Shown here piece by piece: positions 31,419 to 43,731 of a stretch of 64,000 nt of DNA. Position 1 is the first letter of the stretch; every line of letters begins with the position of its first letter. This DNA comes from the human T2T-CHM13v2.0 reference genome, Homo sapiens. A program made the translations under genes and the position numbers. The notes beneath the pieces are model-generated. The model was given only the letters and a program-made list of their open reading frames with translations, made no database searches and was not told where the DNA came from. The stretch lies in NCBI RefSeq assembly GCF_009914755.1, contig NC_060929.1; one strand, given 5' to 3'.

Positions 31419-32725
31419 GAAAAAATAAAAGTTAAACATTTCCACACAAGGTTTTACAGTCTGACATTTCACTGCGTAGGTAAAAAGACACTTTTTTTTT
31501 AACTACAGATTATTATTCAGCATGAATAAAAAACTACAACTTTTATTTTTAAACAGGAGTCACTGGTTTTAATTTTTACACATTTTAAAATTACTGTGAT
31601 AAAAAATAATGAAAAAGCTTCTTAATAATGCCATACACAGTATAATATAGATTTGTCCCCATTATATAGCATTTAATATACAAAATAGAATATTGACACA
31701 CTTGAATCTATATGTAGTTAAGCAAGTTATTTGAGGAGGGTATTTTCATACAGCCTTTCATCAGAAAATAAAATCCTTTCAGACATTTTCTAGAGAGAAG
31801 CAAATCCTTTCCTGAAAACCTGGTCACTAATCCTGGGTGGACCAGGTTGCTTGAAAATAGTCTGGGAAATTACGAAACTCCACCCAAAGGGTTTAAAGTG
31901 TCCTCCTTACACTTTTATTTCCCTTCTGACACTAAAACCAGACACACACACAAAAAAACACATTCACCTACAGCTACAGTCAGGGAGTGACCAGCCAAGA
32001 TGGAAATCTCACTGAAGGCTACCATGGTTCTGGAAGTTTGACAGATCAATGTATTGTATAACAATATTTTTCATTCCATGGTGATGTAGTTTTCAGGGTT
32101 TTTAAAAGGGAACTAAAATTATGAGACTTAGGTGAAACTGGAATTGCTCCCTGCCTCTGAATTCTGAAGGGAGCGTGGCTTTCCTTCATGGCATGCCCAG
32201 AGCTCATCCCATGCTAATTATCCAGCACTTCATAGACACAAATCATGTTAGTTTTCCTTTTGGGGTGGCCAAGGTTTCCTCCCATAGTTTTAGGCATTTG
32301 GATATATATACCCCAAAAGTGTTATGTCCTAAGTGCCTCAGTTCTGCTTGTATAGTATCCCACAGAATACCTACAAACACTAAAAATACTTTTCAGGATT
32401 TGTTGTGAGTAACCAACTCTCACTGAAGTTACTACAAACTTCAACAGTTTGGGTTGGGATGGCCAGATAACACATACATAGGAAATAAATCTGCTTTCAA
32501 ACAGCACCACCATATAGCACTTAAATCCACAATTAAACATAATTAAGATGACTTTCTTTTCCCCCACGTATCCTAAAAGGGCACAGCTTCTTTTCCCATT
32601 TAATGAAAAGCCTCCTATAGTTGTCGATGAGCATCAGTTGACTTATTATTGACAACGAAGTGCACATAATCTTCTTTTTCTCATTGAGTTCTATTTTTTG
32701 AGCGCCAAGATTGTTGGGATGAAAA

Positions 32726-32773
32726 TCAGATTAATGTGTGAGATGTGCTTTCTGGTTTTAACCACATAACATT
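32726..32773 (-). CDS. NR3C1: NR3C1 exon 9-beta coding part (15 aa + stop), GR-beta C-terminus
   Basis: tttatAG|AATGTTATGTGG...ATCTGA; encodes NVMWLKPESTSHTLI*, the known GR-beta tail, in frame with exon 8. Confidence 0.96.
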   Translation of the reverse strand, partial: NVMWLKPESTSHTLI

Positions 32774-32949
32774 CTATAAAGGAATGATAATCTACGTTTT
32801 AGAAGCTCTTTTTGAAACTTAACACTGTCATTGATAAGAATATTCAAGCAGTTTTCTTAGGCACCAAAAATTTATCCAGCCGGGTTACACACCATCTTAA
32901 AATATTACATTCCCTTTTAGAGAGCATTCAAAAAGCAAATGATTGTTTT

Positions 32950-32955
32950 TTTATT
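32950..32955 (-). terminator. Proximal (9-alpha) polyadenylation signal AATAAA; a second AATAAA at 33033-33038
   Basis: tttatt on the + strand ~180 nt before the 9-beta acceptor, matching the known short alpha transcript end. Confidence 0.75.
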
Positions 32956-35251
32956 AAATAATTTCTCCAAAATACTGAAAATAACAAATAACATTCAAAA
33001 AGCATTCAAAGAAAACAAAAACATGTCCTCATTTTATTTGGAAATAAACTCTTGTTGTAGGATAGAAAGGAATTAGTGTATTATTGGCAACCTATGAGAT
33101 TCTGCACTATTTACATATTGCTGGTACCTCTATGCAAACTATTGCCAAACTTCTGAAGCTTCTGTTGTCATTCAACTGCTGGGGGAGGGCTGTATGTGAA
33201 AGTAACCCGCTATTAGATGGTGCCTTTAAGGATGTAAGCACCACCTTCCTGTCTCCTGTTTACATACTTTACATACTTTAGTGCAAGGGGAGATTGAGTA
33301 AACTAAACCTGCGCTGACAGACTCACTGTTGGAATGAGAAGGGTGGTCAGAATGGGAGGCAGAGGATAACTTCCTCTGTAATCTCACTGGGTCAGAGCCT
33401 CAGCAACCTTCACTGCACACAGGACCAGTCTCCATCTCCCTCTTCCCCTAGAGCAAACTGTTTGGTTTCTGAGACCATCGCTGCCTGTATGAATGCATGT
33501 ACAAACTATAAATCATATAGGTTATCCATCAGCATTTCTTTGACCCCTACAAAAAATATATAACATGTCATGATAAAACAATCTCATCTAAAAATCATTC
33601 TTATTTTACACTATACAAGCTATTTTACAATCATTTTAATAAATTGCATGTAAAGCTGCAGTAGCCCTTCCCTTCCCAGATTAGTGAATACCAATATGAT
33701 ATATATCTGAAACTATAACTAAATATAAAAATATATTAGAAGTTCCATATTTTTAATATTAGATTTTCAGTTTTCTATTACACAAATAATTTGGCCACCT
33801 TGAATAGAAATCAAATTTCTTGTGGCTTAGTAAATATGTTAAGTTTTGAGTTTACAGAAAGTTGGTAAGGTGCACACAGAAAGGGCTACTACAGCTTCTA
33901 TTTTGTTTAAAATAATTTTCAACAGTGAAGAAATTCACAGGACTTGTGTTAAACTCTATGGCACACATTAGGGATGTGTAGTTTTACAAACATGGATGTC
34001 TGACATACAGTTCTAAATCACAAAAATCAGTAGCTGAGCTTTCCTGTACCATCAGGAAAGATTAACCAATTGGTGACAGATGGGAATGTGAAAATGGGTG
34101 TCTAGCCATTTTTGCCATATTAGAGATTTAGTTTTTGGGTAAAGTTTAGTGAGAGGAATTACTTTGTCTGATTAAAAGTCTCTCAGCTGTGTTACAGCTG
34201 GTTATCTGGAATCACAACTTTTAAGAAGTTATACAAACTACTTCAAAAGGTCCTGAAAGACAAATAGTTTACCAGCTTTCTTGCCATATAGCCATTGCAA
34301 AAATAGGGCGTTAGGTACAGACAGGGCCTCTTGGTAGTTATTTTTTAAATTAGTCTTTTGCAACCATCATCCACAGTTTACCCAGCAGGTCACTGGACTA
34401 GGTGCTCTATACCAGTTAGGACTGTTAATTTGCACAACCTATATAATTCTCCACTGAAGCAGATATATACAAAATATGAGCTTTTTTTTTTTTTTTTTTT
34501 GACAAGAATACTGGAGATTTGAGTCAATTTTTGTGGTCTTCTGATAGCTAAGTGCCATCAGGTTAGAAGCACCAACCCATTTTCACACAGATGATTGATT
34601 AATGTTTAGAGTTTATTTGGGAAAGCTACGAACTAGCTGCCCATCTTAAACAGCTGTACAATAACTTGAATAAAAAATTATGTAAGAAAAAATGAGCAAG
34701 CGTAGTTCACTAAATATAAAGGAAATTGTTAAAACCAGACAGTAATAGCTATAAAAGGCACAACTTCCCTTTTCTGATATACACTTGTAAACTTTTTTTC
34801 AGGTTTCCATGCATAAATCAAAAATGCTATCCTAACTATACAGGGGGGGGATACACCAACAGAAAGTCTAGAAAATTTCATCCAGCCAACTGTGAAAAAA
34901 AGTATGAAGAGAAAGTTCATCACACAGACTTTGGGCACTGGTGGTTTAGGTGCCATCCTTCTTTGACTGTGGAGATTACGTCCACATATTAAGGTTTCTA
35001 ATTTCTGGGATATATTAACTAATAAATTTCACCATCTACTCTCCCATCACTGAAAAGTGATGACGACTCAACTGCTTCTGTTGCCAAGTCTTGGCCCTCT
35101 ATAAACCACATGTAGTGCGTATTTAAAACAAAACAACAGATGAAAACAATAAAAAATAAAACAACAAAACCTCTACAGGACAAACTGATAGTTTATACAA
35201 TAAAAGCTATTAATTCGACTTTCTTTAAGGCAACCATTCTTATTAAGGCAG

Positions 35252-35404
35252 TCACTTTTGATGAAACAGAAGTTTTTTGATATTTCCATTTGAATATTTT
35301 GGTATCTGATTGGTGATGATTTCAGCTAACATCTCGGGGAATTCAATACTCATGGTCTTATCCAAAAATGTTTGGAAGCAATAGTTAAGGAGATTTTCAA
35401 CCAC
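35252..35404 (-). CDS. NR3C1: NR3C1 exon 9-alpha coding part (50 aa + stop), helix 12/AF-2 of GR-alpha
   Basis: gcAG|GTGGTTGAA...CAAAAGTGA; encodes [50 protein letters not shown]. Confidence 0.98.
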   Translation of the reverse strand: MVENLLNYCFQTFLDKTMSIEFPEMLAEIITNQIPKYSNGNIKKLLFHQK

Positions 35405-35873
35405 CTGCAAGAGAAGATATGGTAATGATCAGGCTTCCAAATTGGTCAGTGGGAACATCTCATGTTTGTTGTCCTCTATTTTGAAAAAATTATCTGGCCT
35501 AGAATATACCAATCTCACTGGAATTCCCCAGATGAAAAATAAGCACTTCCGTACAAAACACATTTTATATTTCTTTGATTGTATGTAGAATTATATAGAA
35601 TTATTTCATGAATCACTGTAGTACCATAATATATGAAGGGTGCATTATTCTAATTTAATGGATTAATCATACTTTTTAAAAACAGTATTACTAAATTCTG
35701 TAATAACATGGTGATTTTATATACACATGACTAGGTGAAAGGATATTTCATAATTGGCCTTAGGAAAAATGTCTACAAAACTGAAGTTCATAAGTTGAAC
35801 TCAAGCTATCACCAACATCCACAAACTGGGGGCGGGGGTGGGGGCGCTGCTGGTATATAATTATATTCACTAA

Positions 35874-35930
35874 TCAAAACATACTTTGTCCCAGAAAACT
35901 CTTATATTTGGCTTTATGTTTGACACTTAC
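35874..35930 (-). CDS. NR3C1: Intron 8 read-through tail (18 aa + stop) of an intron-8-retained GR isoform
   Basis: In-frame GTA AGT GTC AAA CAT AAA GCC ... ATG TTT TGA = [18 protein letters not shown]; 727+18=745 aa. Confidence 0.65.
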   Translation of the reverse strand, partial: VSVKHKAKYKSFLGQSMF

Positions 35931-36088
35931 TTCATGCATAGAATCCAAGAGTTTTGTCAGTTGATAAAACCGCTGCCAGTTCTGGCTGGAGTTTCCTTCC
36001 CTCTTGACAATGGCTTTTCCTAGCTCTTTGATGTAGGTCATTCTAATTTCATCAAATAGCTCTTGGCTCTTCAGACCGTCCTTAGGAA
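35931..36088 (-). CDS. NR3C1: NR3C1 exon 8 (158 bp), LBD
   Basis: tttAG|TTCCTAAG...CATGAA|GTAAGT; encodes (V)[52 protein letters not shown]. Confidence 0.98.
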
Positions 36089-36119
36089 CTAAAAGGTTAA
36101 GATGAAGTCAGTTAAAGGA

Positions 36120-36125
36120 TTTTCT

Positions 36126-36156
<31 letters not shown>

Positions 36157-36536
36157 GAGATAGATAGGGTCTCACTGTGTCATCCAGGCTGGAGTGCAGT
36201 GGCATAATCATAGCTCACTGGAGCCTTGACCTCCTTGGCTCAAGTGATCCTCCCACCTCAGCCTCCTGAGTAGCTAGGACTGTAGGCACAAGCCACCATG
36301 TCTGAGTGGCATAATCATAGCTCACTGGAGCCTTGACCTCCTTGGCTCAAGTGATCCTCCCACCTCAGCCTCCTGAGTAGCTAGGACACAAGCCACTGTG
36401 TCTGGCTAAATTTTTTTGTAGAGACAGGATCTCCCTATGTTGCCCAGGCTGGTCTTAAACTCCTGGGCTCAAGCAATCCTCCTGCCTCGGCCTCCCAAAG
36501 TGCCAGGATTACAGGTGTGAGCCACCATTCCCAGCC
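36120..36536 (-). mobile_element. AluJ-like element with an internal ~100-bp tandem duplication, next to the exon 8 acceptor
   Basis: 36198-36280 is identical to 36305-36387. Confidence 0.9.
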
Positions 36537-37439
36537 AGATTTCTTGCTATAACTTTTTATACATGCAAGATGGGCATTTAACATTGTTTATGTACTCTTA
36601 CTGCACTCTAAAATATAAGCATTTTCTTAGGATTATTAATTAAACTACAGCCAAGAGAAAATGCAGGATAACAAAGAATTGGAGGACTTAACCTTGAGTA
36701 AATCACTTGATTTCTCATCTATAAAATGGAAGTGGTGATGATACACCTTCTCCTCCTTAGCTCACAAAGCTATTTGGAGGACCAAATGAAATAATACAGT
36801 GATTTTTAGTTAACTTTGTCTGCCATTCTGCACTTGAGTTTAATTCTAGTACTGAGATAGATAGAAGGCTTCAACAACAGTGTTTATTCCAGCAATTATA
36901 TCTTGGAATATCTGTGATATCACCAGTTAATTATAACTTTAAAATCGGCATGCAATACTTTTTTTAATGTAGCTAATAGATATGTCTTAGTAGGGAGCAA
37001 ATATCTGTCCTTCCTTATGTACATGGATTCTGGTTAGTGAAACTAGTATAAAAGTTTTGGGGGGATACATTACTCTTCAGAAAATGGTACTAATAAGGAC
37101 AAGGAACAGAGGGTTAATCATGGTTTCACTTAATCCTGTGGAGATTAGGACTTTTGTAGAGTGCTACATTTTTCACAGTGTGCTCCTGGGAACACTGATT
37201 CTGTGTTAACTATAGTTAGAGCGAGACAAAGGATTTGGTGGTCAAAGTTTGAGAAAAGCTAAATGTTTAATACATATTAGGCAGACTTCTGAATTTCAGT
37301 ACTTCTTGGAGATATAACTGTGCACTCTCCAGAGAGGGGAAATGCATTATTTCCCAAACTGAAACTTCACTGCTGCTGACATTTTTAGAAGATGCTGGTA
37401 TAGAGGAAAAGCTATGGATTTAGGAGCTTCTAGAAGTCT

Positions 37440-37609
37440 TATTATTATTATTTTTTTCCCGAGACAGAGTCTTGCTGTGTTGCCTAGGCTGGAGTGCATT
37501 GGCATGATCTCAGCTCACTGCCACTTCCGCCTCCCAGGTTCAAGCAATTCCGCTCACCTTGGCCTCCCAAAGTGCTGGGATTTCAGGCAGTAAGTCACCA
37601 TGCCCAGCC
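37440..37609 (-). mobile_element. Monomer-length chimeric Alu (internal deletion)
   Basis: Right-arm sequence joined directly to the left-arm 5' part; flanking repeat agtcttatt. Confidence 0.8.
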
Positions 37610-38314
37610 GAGTAGTCTTATTTCTTACTTGCCATGTGGACTTGAATATAACCTCCTTGAGCATCTTTCCTGCTCTTTTTCATTGGATTATGATTAGAAT
37701 TAGACTAATGAATATGTATGAAAATGTTTGATTCCATAAAGCATTACAAGACATCAGTATTAACATGAAAATGAAGACCGCTTAATCAGGAGTGATAACG
37801 GCATTCTATATTAACAATGGGTTAATTTTACACATTACTATACTACAGAAAATCTAATTATTGCAAAATTGTAAAACAGCGATGGCTTATAGTTTTTTTC
37901 CCTGCCGTATAGTTTTTTTCCCTGCCGGTTAGTCCTAATTCTAAAAATAACTATGGTGAAGCCCAATTCAATATGCATATAAAAGAATTTCATCCATCTT
38001 AAATTTTTTTTTAATGTTTTAATATTGAAATCACTAACATTACTTCCTCTTTTGGCTGCAGGAAGTAAGTACAGCCTGGAATTCCCCTCCTACTGGAAAA
38101 CTGGACAACAAGCAATACATGATTATGATCCCTAGGAAAAGAGAAACAAATACGGTAAGCCATACCTAGCCCAGGAGTAAGAAATCTTAATTCTAAACCT
38201 TTGTGCTTGAAAGTAATTATCATACTGCAGTGAAGGGAAAGGGAACCCAGGGTCTAGCAATCTTGCTGGGTTGAGGAGAAAGAGATTGAAGTTTGGGGAG
38301 GCTAAAGCAGCTTT

Positions 38315-38445
38315 AATTTATGGGTCAGACTACTGGAAACGAAGGAGGTACACAAAGAAAGGCCTCCAGAAATCTGTACAATTTATGGGTCAGACTACTG
38401 GAAACGAAGGAGGTACACAAAGAAAGGCCTCCAGAAATCTGTACA
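38315..38445. repeat. Perfect 65-bp tandem duplication
   Basis: aatttatgggtcagac...aatctgtac at 38315 and 38380. Confidence 0.95.
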
Positions 38446-41340
38446 GTCTTCGGCTGAATAAAAATTTGTGCATACTTAGGGTGAAATCCCTTGAGGCCAT
38501 AGAGGAAAGAAAGATCTAATTAAATATGCCGGGCATTCAGTAGAGACCTAGGGGCCACATCTCAGAAGCAAGGCTAAATTAGTCCCAGAAAAAAGGCTAC
38601 ATAGATCAGTGGTTCTCAAAAGGGAGGGGGAGATTTTGCCTCCAAGGGGATATTTGGCAATGTCAGAGATATAGCAGACAAATCTAACATTATAAACACC
38701 TTTGTCTCAGAATCAATAAGAATAAACAAGACTTAAATTTGACTGACATTTCTGAAACAGTCTACCCAAGAACTTGCATTCTTTTCAAGTATACACAGAA
38801 CATTAATCTAGAACATAAAACAAGTCTGAATACATTTAGGAGGATTAAGTCATACAATGAATGCTGTCTGACAAAAATGAGATTAAAATAGAAGTCAGTA
38901 ACAAACATATCTGGAGAAAAACCCAAATGTTTAGAATTTGACATTTAATAAGCTATAGATTAAATAAGGCATCATGATTAAATAAGGTATCATAAAATTA
39001 AAAATCTCTAGTACTGAAAACACAGCATATCAAAATGTGTGGGATGCAATGAAGACAGTGCTTAGAAAATTTACAGCATTAAAAGCTTTGATTAGAAAAG
39101 AAAGGTCTCAATTAATTATATATGCTTCTACCCTAAACACAAGAAAAATGGAAAGGATAAAGAGTAGAAACGAATAACTAAGAACATGCATAAACAACAA
39201 CAAAATCAAGACCAAGCTGGTTCTATGAAAACATTGGTAAAACTGAAAAACTTTTAGCCAGACTGATTAAAAAAAAAAAAAAAAAGCAAGAATATATTAA
39301 ATACCAATGTCGGGAATGAAAGGGAATAACACTAGAGATACTGGAGCCATTAGAAGGATATTATGGGAATATTATGAATAACTTAACTTTATACCAATAA
39401 ATTCAACATTTGAAGGAAACAGTTAAATTCCTTCAAAGATGTAAACCAACAAAGCTCACTCAAGAATAAACATATTATCAGTAAACATTTGATGAACTTG
39501 TACTTGAAAACCTTTCTACAAAAAAGGCTCCAAACAAACCAAGACAGCTTCACTGCTGAGTTTTACCAAACGTTTAAGAAAGAAATAATACCATATTATC
39601 ATAACACCAAAGCTATAGAATATATCCCTCATGGATTTAGATGCAAAAATACCAAAATTTTAGTACAATGAATTCAGCTATATGTAAAAAGGATACTATA
39701 TCATAACCAAATAGGATTTATCCCCGGAATGAAAGGCTAGTCAATTACTCAGAAATTAAACAGTATATTATACCATTATACCATATTAGTGACTAAAAAC
39801 GAAAAATATATGATCTTGAGGCACAAAAGCATATGATAAAAGTTTTTTTTGCTATTATGAATAATGCTGCTATGAACATGGGCAGTCATTAAATGCATGG
39901 CAAGTCACAAGGGTCAACTACATACTCTCTAGGATAGCGATAATAAAAAAACCATACCAAGCTCTGGCAAGGATGTAGACAAAGTTGTAGGATCTAGAAC
40001 AACTAGACAGAAAATCAGCAAAGATACAGAAAACTTGAATTAGTCTATCAATCAACTTGACCTAACTGACGTTCATAAAACTCTACTTAACAAGAGCACA
40101 GTAAGTTTTTTTTCAAGCACTCATGGAACACTCAGGATAGACCATATGCAAGTGCCTAAAAAAGTCTCAGAAGACTTATTGGAGTCATTCAATATTAGAG
40201 TCCTTCAATGTACCTCCTACCTCAGTGGAATTAAATTAGAAATGAATAGGAAGAGATATGGAAAATCCCCAAATATATAAAAATTAAGCAATACACATGG
40301 GTCAATGAAAAAAATCATGAAGGACATTAGAAAATGAAATGAATGAAAATATACAAAAAATGTATAGCTTTAAACATCTATATAAGAAAATAAGGTCTTC
40401 AACTAACAATGGAAGCTTCTACCTTAAACTAGAAAAAGAGGAACAAATTAAATGAAAAGCAAGCAGAAAAGAAGAAATAATAATCAATGACATAGGAAAC
40501 AAAAAGAGAAAATCAATGAAACTAAAAATTTCAATGAAACTAAAAATTGGTTCTTTGTAAAGACCAACAAAATTGATAAATTTTTAACTAGACTGACCAT
40601 GAAAAAAAGATGATCAGGCACAAATTATGAAAATCTATAATGGAGGGGACACCTCTATGGATCCTACAAAACTTAAAGGATTACAAACAACTTTATGCCC
40701 AAGTTAGACAACTCAGACAAAATGGCTCATTTCATAGAAACACACAAATTACAAAACTATGTCAAGGAAAAATATAAATTCTGAATAGATCTATATAACA
40801 AATAAGCAAATAATTAAAAATCTTCCCTGAAAGAAAACACAGACCCAGATGGCTTCACTGGTAACATGTATCAAATATTTAAAGAATAAATAAGATCAAT
40901 ACTCTATAAACTCTTTAAGAAAACAGAAAATACTTCTCAACTCATTTTAAGAGGCTAGTACTACCCTGGTAGCAAAGCCAGAAAAAGATATCACAAGAAA
41001 AGAAAGTTGTAGATCAGCATCCTTCATAAAGAGAGATATAAAAATGATCAGCAAAATATTAGCAAACCAAATTCAAAATATATATGGAAAAGATTATATA
41101 CCATGATCTAGTCAGAAAACTAGATCTTAAACCATTTCAAGCCATTTTCCTGATTTTGCAAATAAATTTGTATTAGAACACAAGCATTCACATACTGTAT
41201 ATAGCTGCTTTCCTGTTATAGCTGTAGAATTGAGAAATTGCAACAGGGACTATATGGCCTACAAAGACAAATATGTACTGTGAGTCTCTTTACAGAAGAC
41301 TATTTGTGGAACTATACTCTGCTCAGTAGTATTTTAGTAG

Positions 41341-41716
<376 letters not shown>

Positions 41717-41799
41717 AGAAATTGGAAATTTAAGATGTTAATTATTTTCAAATGGATCTATAGATTCAAGGCTATCCTAATAAAAATTCTATCAGACTG

Positions 41800-42070
41800 T
41801 GTTTTTGAGACAGAGTCTCACTCTGTTGCCCAGGCTAGAGTGCACTGGCATGATCATGGCTCACTGCAGCCTTGACCTCCCTCCTCAGCCTCCTGGGTAG
41901 CTGGGACTACAGGCACAAGCTACCATGCCTGGCTAATTTTTTCTATTTTGTGTAGTGACAGGGTTTCGACATTTTGCCCAGGCTGGTCTCAAACTCCTGG
42001 GCTTAAGCGATCTGCCTGCCTTGGCCTCTCAAAGTGGTGGAATTACAGGCATGAACTACCACACCCAGCC
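41800..42070 (-). mobile_element. AluJ-like element with a small right-arm deletion
   Basis: Alu consensus. Confidence 0.9.
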
Positions 42071-42121
42071 CCAAAAGACTTTTTGGTAGAGATTGTCAAG
42101 CTAATTAAAAAATACGTGGAA

Positions 42122-42389
42122 GACCAGGCACAGTGGCTCATGCCTGTAATCCCAGCACTTTGGGAGGCCGAGGTGGGTGGATCACCTGAGGTCAGGGTTT
42201 GAGACCAGCCTGGCCAACATGGCGAAACCCCGTCTCTACTAAAAATACAAAAATTAGCCAAGCATGATGGTGGGTGCCTGCAATCCCACTGCTGGGGAGG
42301 CTGAGGCTGCGATGAGCCAAGATCATGCCACTGCACTCCAGCCTGGGCAACAATAGTGAGACTCCATCTCAAAAAAAAAAAAAAAAAAA
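42122..42389 (+). mobile_element. AluS-like element with a ~35-bp right-arm deletion
   Basis: Alu consensus, polyA tail. Confidence 0.9.
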
Positions 42390-43514
42390 GGAAGTGGAAA
42401 TGCAAGGAAACTAGAATATCCAAAACAACAGTTTGGAAAAGAACAACAGATTTGGAGAATTCATATTACCAAATTTCAAGATTTACTGTAATGCAACAGT
42501 AATCAAGACAGGGTGTTATCAATATGAATATAGGCATACAGATCATTGGGTAAGAAATACAGATCGTTGGGTAAGAAAAAGAGTCTGAAAGTAGACCCAC
42601 ACATATACAAACAACTGATTTTCTACAAAATTGCCAAGTAACTCAATAGGGAAAAGAGAGTCAAGTTCTGGAGCAACCAGATATGGATTTTGGGGAAGAA
42701 AATGAACCTTGTCCCTTACCTTGCATCATATACTTAAGCATGTGAGCTGAAACTACAGAATTTCTATAAGAAAACAAATAGTAGAAAATCTTTTTAACCC
42801 TGGATTAAGCAAAACTTTCTTAGTAAACAAAGACACGAAGCTTTCTTCAAAATTATACACTTTTGCTCATCTCTACATTTTTTTAAGAAAACTGTAAATG
42901 TAATCCACTTAAAGAAAACATGCAAAACATATATTTAACAAAGGGCCACATTGAGAGTATTTGAACAATTCTTAAAACCCAGTTAAAAAATGGGCAAAAG
43001 ATTAAAAGAGGCACAATACCAAATAAGAAATATAGGTGGCCAATAAGCCCATGAAAAGATGCTTAATATTTTTAATCATCAGTATACCTACGATGAAAGA
43101 GGCTGACAGTACCAAGTACTGAGGAGGATATAGAATGGATCTTAAGAAGTCTCATACATTTCTGGTAAATGTTAACAATTGCGGAAAAGTTTGGCAATTT
43201 TAAAAATAAATTTAAACACACACTCAACCTATGTCCCAGTGATCTCACACCTCAGTATTGACCCAAGAGAGATGAAATGTACATCCATATCCTTATTTTT
43301 TTGTCTGCTTAATTTGTAAGAAAGGTATAGTAAAATCTCATTATTTTTACTAGATTTATCTAAGTATTCTTGTTCTATGAATTTTTGTATTATGTAATTT
43401 GAAACTATATATTTACAATTATTTTTCCTGAACAAATGCTTTAAGGAGTATTTTGCCTTAACATCTATTTTGCTTGGTAATAATGTAGCTCCTTCGGTTT
43501 TGTTTTGGTCAATA

Positions 43515-43731
43515 TAGGGGCCAGCAAACTTTGGCCTATGGGCCAAATCCTACTTGCAGCCTGTATTTGTAAATAAAGTTTTATTGGAACACAGCCATGC
43601 CTGTTCTATTTGAGTACCGTCAATGACTATGTTCCTGCCACAAGGGCAGAGTTTAGTAGCTGTGACAGAGACTGTGCAAAGCTAACAACATTTACCATCT
43701 GGCCCTTTACAGAAAAAGTTGGCCATGTCTT
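43515..43731. mobile_element. MER58A-like hAT MITE
   Basis: gcaaactttggcctatgggccaaatcc...gtaaataaagttttattggaacacagcc...ccctttacagaaaaagtt. Confidence 0.8.

Larger units (their letters stand above)
31293..35251 (-). other. NR3C1: NR3C1 long 3' UTR (exon 9 alpha UTR + short internal segment + beta portion)
   Basis: AU-rich stretch without obvious interspersed repeats between the alpha stop codon and the distal AATAAA. Confidence 0.9.

Noticed and set aside
35243-35254. GR-alpha stop context TGA-CTG, similar to the readthrough motif UGA-CUAG
   Set aside because: Not the full motif, and an in-frame TAA follows two codons later, so any extension would be only 3 aa
38315-38445. Direct repeats as a CRISPR-like or prokaryotic-type system
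   Set aside because: Two adjacent copies with no spacers, in a human intron
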